Under the pieces are notes generated by a model. It was not told where the DNA came from. It searched no databases and saw nothing but the letters and a program-made list of their open reading frames with translations. The position numbers and the translations under genes are program-made. Below, piece after piece: positions 60,320 through 64,000 of a DNA stretch of 64,000 nt; within the stretch, counting starts at the first letter, position 1, and every line of letters begins with the position of its first letter. Source of the DNA: an uncultured Gammaproteobacteria bacterium (GTDB taxonomy: Bacteria; Patescibacteriota; Microgenomatia; Levybacterales; GWA1-39-11); assembly GCA_964406795.1 (NCBI GenBank), contig CAYOTA010000004.1:46877-110876 (forward strand), read 5' to 3'.

Positions 60320-60648
60320 GCTTTGCCTTTCGTTCCTTTGGTCAACGCGCTGATGTCACCTGCGGTCGCCCACATACGCACTCGCGTCGGTTGAACATCG
60401 TTGTAGCCGCATTCGATGTACACCACCAAGACGTTACCGCTCCGAAGAGTCTTCATTGCCTCACGGCAGACCGTGCAGTATCCGTCTTCGGTCAGCGTGT
60501 GGGCCATCAATCGGGCCAGCCTTTCCATCACGCCGTTGTGCCACGGCTCAGGGTCTTTGTTCTTCTTCTTCGGCTTAAGCTTGCCGTTCGTCCACTTGCC
60601 AGACTTCAGACCGCCCGCGCCTTCCCCTGGGTTCGATTCGCTGATCAT
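60316..60648 (-). CDS. hypothetical basic protein (110 aa, MISESNPGEG)
   Basis: C-terminal part of track ORF 60316..61269; ATGA overlaps both ends. Confidence 0.45.
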   Translation of the reverse strand: MISESNPGEGAGGLKSGKWTNGKLKPKKKNKDPEPWHNGVMERLARLMAHTLTEDGYCTVCREAMKTLRSGNVLVVYIECGYNDVQPTRVRMWATAGDISALTKGTKGKA

Positions 60649-61377
60649 TGACGTTCCTTCAGATCGACCGTTCGCCCAACCAACTTCTCCGCCGCCTCGA
60701 CCGCTTCGAGGTAGCCTGGTGTCCAGCATTCCCGCGGAAGCTCCGACCCAGTCTCTGGATTGTCCGGATGGAACTTCAGCAACGCCCGCAACGCCTCCTC
60801 CGCCGTCGCTGGCGCATCCTCGCCTTCGTTCGACGGCACGGGTGGCAGTCCTTCCATCTCCGACATCAGCGTATGCAAACGGTAATACAGGACGCTCCGC
60901 GCATGTGCCTCCACCTTGGGGTCGCTCCTTTGCCGATGCAGCCTCGGCGCCACGATTGACTGGCGCTCGTGCATCCGAAGTGGGCGCGTCATCGGGTCCA
61001 TCCGCATCTCGATCAGCCCCGCCCAATCCGGAACCTGCTCCAGAGGAATAACCCCCATTGGCGCGACGAACCAGAATTGGGTTGGCCCCGACGGATCTCC
61101 CCGAGCTATCCGCTGGTGCTTCGTCTCTTTGTCGGTCGGCAATCCAATCCGGCGCCATCGATCTTCCTTCCGCTTTTCCGCGTCGGCCCGAAAGTCCGCG
61201 AGCGTCAGCTTGATCTCGTACTCGCGAAAGTACCTGGATGCCGTCAGTTCGAACACATCGGCCTCCCACCAGTTGCGCGGGGTGTAGCGCGGGAGCACGA
61301 ACGACCGACGATAACGGGCGTACATCAGGTTGCGCGCCACATCGCCCTCCGTGATTTGAATCGGTTCACTCATCGCT
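60645..61377 (-). CDS. PD-(D/E)XK nuclease-family protein
   Basis: WWEADVFEL...REYEIKLT motif pair. Confidence 0.45.
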
Positions 61378-61568
61378 TTGCCTCTCCCATCATCTTGACC
61401 GCATTCAGGATCGCTTGCCTTGGTGTTCTCCCTGGCGTCCAAGCCGTCTCCTCGGTGTGGCACCACCATCCTTGAACACGCCCCGCATCGTCCGTCAGGC
61501 ACGCGAGGCTCGCCCGGTTCGCCTCCAACCAGTGCAGGAGTTCGCTGTCGGTCTTGGGCGTCACATCA
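61370..61568 (-). CDS. small protein (66 aa, MTPKTDSELLHWLEANR)
   Basis: ATGA overlaps. Confidence 0.4.
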
Positions 61569-61784
61569 TGCCCCCGTGTCAGTCGTGTGCTCGGCCACCA
61601 GACGGCGCAGCTTCTCCGGTCGGTCATGCTCGTCCGGCCACGCCAGCCTGATCTGCTCAACCCGCAATCGCCGCAAGTCCCGCGTCATCTGTTCGACCTT
61701 GGCGCTGGTCTCACGCATCAGGTCCTCCTGCGGATGCTTCACATCCGGCATCATCGCTCGTTGTTCTGGGGTCATGTTGTTCAT
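61566..61784 (-). CDS. small protein (72 aa, MNNMTPEQRAMMPD)
   Basis: ATGA overlap. Confidence 0.4.
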   Translation of the reverse strand: MNNMTPEQRAMMPDVKHPQEDLMRETSAKVEQMTRDLRRLRVEQIRLAWPDEHDRPEKLRRLVAEHTTDTGA

Positions 61785-61785
61785 T

Positions 61786-61909
61786 CGATCAGAAAGCAGA
61801 GTGTGACGAACGCGAATGCCAGCACGGACGCTACAATAGCGACAATGACATATTTCGCTACCTCCGACATGCTTACTTGTTCGCGTTCGCGTTTCCAATT
61901 TTGTTTCAT
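61786..61909 (-). CDS. single-TM miniprotein (~42 aa, MKQNWKRERE...VIVAIVASVLAFAFVTLCFLIE)
   Basis: Start overlaps helicase stop (ATGA); too short for the ORF track. Confidence 0.35.
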
Positions 61910-63576
61910 TCAGTTCCTTTCTCTCGTTTGTCAGGCATCAGTCCTCGCGCTCGTTCAACCAGTTCGCTCGGTAGCTGACGCTGGTAGCGAATGACCAAGC
62001 GCGCACCCAGCACAACCTGTTTGTCGGTCAGCCACGCCCGATCTGCCAAGCTCTTCCCAATTGCAACGTCCATCTTGCTGAACCCCGCGCCATCAATCCG
62101 TCGCGCACCATCGCAATACGCGGCAAGCGTCTGAAGTCCGGCCAGAACCGCCTTCCTCTGGTCTTCGTTCACCAGCAACGCGCTGCTCTCCATATCGCGC
62201 TTGGTCGTCAGCGGCTTCCACTCCGGAACAACCGTCACCTCCTCGACCGCCTGACGCTTCGTCATCTCGTCCAGCGCCTTGTCCGCCAGATCCGCCTTCT
62301 CCACGCAAGTCTTCGCCATCTTCGCGTCAATCGTTCCGGCGACCAGACAGACCTCGACCGTCACGTTGTCCTTTTGGCCAATTCGATGTGCGCGATCCTC
62401 CGCCTGTACCATCTTCGACGGCACCCAATCCATCTCGTGAAAGATCACGTGCGTCGCCGCCGTCAGCGTCAGTCCCTCGCCACAGGCCCTGATCGATCCG
62501 AAGAAATTCAGGCACGTTGGGTCGGTCATGAACCGGTGAACGCGCTCGTCCCGCTGGCCCTGGTTGTGCTGGCCGTGAACCACCACGCTCTCGCCCGGGA
62601 ATGCCGCGTGCAGCCTTTCAAGGACCTCCGTGTGATGGGCGAACACCAGCATCTTGCCCACCTCGTCCATGCGCTCCCGGATGTGCTCGATCATGCGCGG
62701 GATCTTCGCCACCGCCGTTTCCTTCCGGACCAACGCCATCTCGGTGAAGGCAATGCCTTGGACGGTCCGCAGGTTCTCGACCGCCCGCTTGTACTCGTCC
62801 GGGTTGTCGCTCGCCCGGGCAATCTCCACCGCCGCCTGAGCGTTCACCCGCGCTTCCTCGCTCCCGTCCCACGTCGCCTGCTCGCGCCGCCGCAGCGCCT
62901 CGAACTCTTCGCCGTCGAACTCGATGACGGTCCGAGTCTTCGCCGGCAACTCGGGAAGCACATCCTTCTTCAGCCGACGAATCATCACGTTCTCGCGCAG
63001 ATACGTCTGAAGCCGCTCCAGCCCAGGCTCTGTCGGCTCCGTCATCCCAACGCCTTGGACGTACTTCGCGCCAGCCATGTCCAGCAGCTTCCACTTGCTT
63101 GGGAACCGCTCCCGGTCCAACCACCACAGGACCGTCCAGAGTTCTTCCAGCCGGTTCTCGATTGGGGTCCCGGTCAGCGCCAGCTTGATCTTCCCCGGGA
63201 TGCCAGATGACGCGAGCTTCGAGTCCTCCGTCTTCTTCGGCTTGTACCCGAATATCGCCTTGGTCCTTTTGGCCGTTGGGTTCTTCGCCGTGTGGCACTC
63301 ATCGACGATCACCACATCCCAATCCCTATCTGTCAGTCGGCGCTCGAACTTGTGGCACAGGTCGTAATTGATGATCACCACATCCGAACTCGGGAACACC
63401 TTGCCCTCGACGATGCCGATGCTGAGCGCCCGATTGACCAGCCACTTCTTCGCCTCACGCCACCAGTTTAGCTTTAGGCTGGCCTTGGTGATGATCAGGA
63501 TATTGCTCGCCTCCGGGTGCGCGTTGCAGACTCCTAGAGCCTGGATGGTTTTTCCGAGTCCATTTAGCCCATCTCG
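61906..63576 (-). CDS. SNF2-family helicase; frame broken within motif I (possible pseudogene or sequencing error)
   Basis: GLGKTIQAL (motif I), DECH (motif II), LTGTPIENRLEELW (motif III), helicase-C QAEDRAHRIGQ; in-frame TGA six codons upstream of GLGKT. Confidence 0.7.
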   Translation of the reverse strand, partial: RDGLNGLGKTIQALGVCNAHPEASNILIITKASLKLNWWREAKKWLVNRALSIGIVEGKVFPSSDVVIINYDLCHKFERRLTDRDWDVVIVDECHTAKNPTAKRTKAIFGYKPKKTEDSKLASSGIPGKIKLALTGTPIENRLEELWTVLWWLDRERFPSKWKLLDMAGAKYVQGVGMTEPTEPGLERLQTYLRENVMIRRLKKDVLPELPAKTRTVIEFDGEEFEALRRREQATWDGSEEARVNAQAAVEIARASDNPDEYKRAVENLRTVQGIAFTEMALVRKETAVAKIPRMIEHIRERMDEVGKMLVFAHHTEVLERLHAAFPGESVVVHGQHNQGQRDERVHRFMTDPTCLNFFGSIRACGEGLTLTAATHVIFHEMDWVPSKMVQAEDRAHRIGQKDNVTVEVCLVAGTIDAKMAKTCVEKADLADKALDEMTKRQAVEEVTVVPEWKPLTTKRDMESSALLVNEDQRKAVLAGLQTLAAYCDGARRIDGAGFSKMDVAIGKSLADRAWLTDKQVVLGARLVIRYQRQLPSELVERARGLMPDKREKGTE

Positions 63577-63583
63577 TCAGCGA

Positions 63584-63979
63584 TTAAAACTCCGCAAGAA
63601 TCGCCGCGAGATGGGATGGGCATACCTCCTTTCCGTGCTTGATCCGAAACACTCTCCAGCCGAGCGCCGTCAGGACCGTTGTCTTTCGTAAATCCTCCAG
63701 TTGCTTCGCCCGTCCGTGGTGCGAAACCCCGTCCAGTTCTACCGCTATCCGGCGGGTCGGGTGGGCGAAGTCGGCCTTGTAGTTGAGGGGACACCGCAGC
63801 CCCGTCCCGTGTCCGGCCGTCCGAATTGCCACCTCCCGCTTGAACCCTATCGGTTCCAGAATTGCGGCAGCTTGCAGAACTTGCTTGGTCGGTGGCTGCC
63901 CGTTCCCTCCCCTGAAGTTCAGTCCCTCCCGCTTGGCCAACCCCGCAAGGTGCCGAGCCCGAACGCATGGGTCTCTCAT
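63584..63979 (-). CDS. DUF559 (Vsr-like endonuclease fold) protein
   Basis: ADFAHPTRRIAVELDGVSHH...DLRKTTVLTALGWRVFRI. Confidence 0.65.
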   Translation of the reverse strand: MRDPCVRARHLAGLAKREGLNFRGGNGQPPTKQVLQAAAILEPIGFKREVAIRTAGHGTGLRCPLNYKADFAHPTRRIAVELDGVSHHGRAKQLEDLRKTTVLTALGWRVFRIKHGKEVCPSHLAAILAEF

Positions 63980-64000
63980 CCGCTCCCTGGTTACGTCCGA

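Noticed and set aside
60316-61269. 317-aa ORF overlapping the PD-(D/E)XK gene
   Set aside because: Out-of-frame overlap with a motif-bearing gene. Only the C-terminal 110 aa following an ATGA junction were kept.
63564-63968. 134-aa minus-strand ORF MRSGSAPCGV...
   Set aside because: It overlaps the DUF559 gene out of frame. Only its last ~9 codons (GVLIADEMG) look genuine, as the displaced N-terminal side of SNF2 motif I.

Overview
This 64-kb window (~65% GC) is gene-dense, and every credible CDS is on the minus strand. Most +-strand ORFs in the track are high-GC antisense artefacts. The content is phage-derived. Reading the minus strand from 64000 downwards the order is: (1) an accessory/early block with an SNF2 helicase broken at motif I next to a DUF559 endonuclease, a PD-(D/E)XK nuclease, a ParB-like nuclease, an MTase-like protein, DUF932, Gp37/Gp68 and an Rnl2-like RNA ligase; (2) terS, a fragmentary HNH, terL, a TM protein and tRNA-Met(CAT); (3) a Mu-like head module (DUF935 portal, I-type protease/scaffold, T-type major head, DUF1320); (4) a tail module with a 1172-aa signal-peptide beta-helix/HxH fibre, a membrane/lipoprotein cassette, tube-like protein, tape measure, Dit-like protein and a giant 1187-aa protein; (5) recombination/replication genes (SbcC/Rad50-like ATPase, an HTH initiator with embedded iteron-like repeats, a DnaC-like loader); (6) a tandem array of small genes with conserved N-terminal leaders and conserved C-terminal tails; (7) a second packaging/structural set containing a terminase-large-subunit homologue split into separate ATPase and nuclease ORFs, a Dcm methylase plus HNH, an HxH-repeat protein and a second capsid-like gene, ending at a strong rho-independent terminator (315-358). 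Dozens of adjacent genes share ATGA or GTGA stop/start overlaps, indicating pervasive translational coupling. No integrase, transposase or repressor is recognisable in the window. Function calls rest on motif-level recognition only; no database search was possible.
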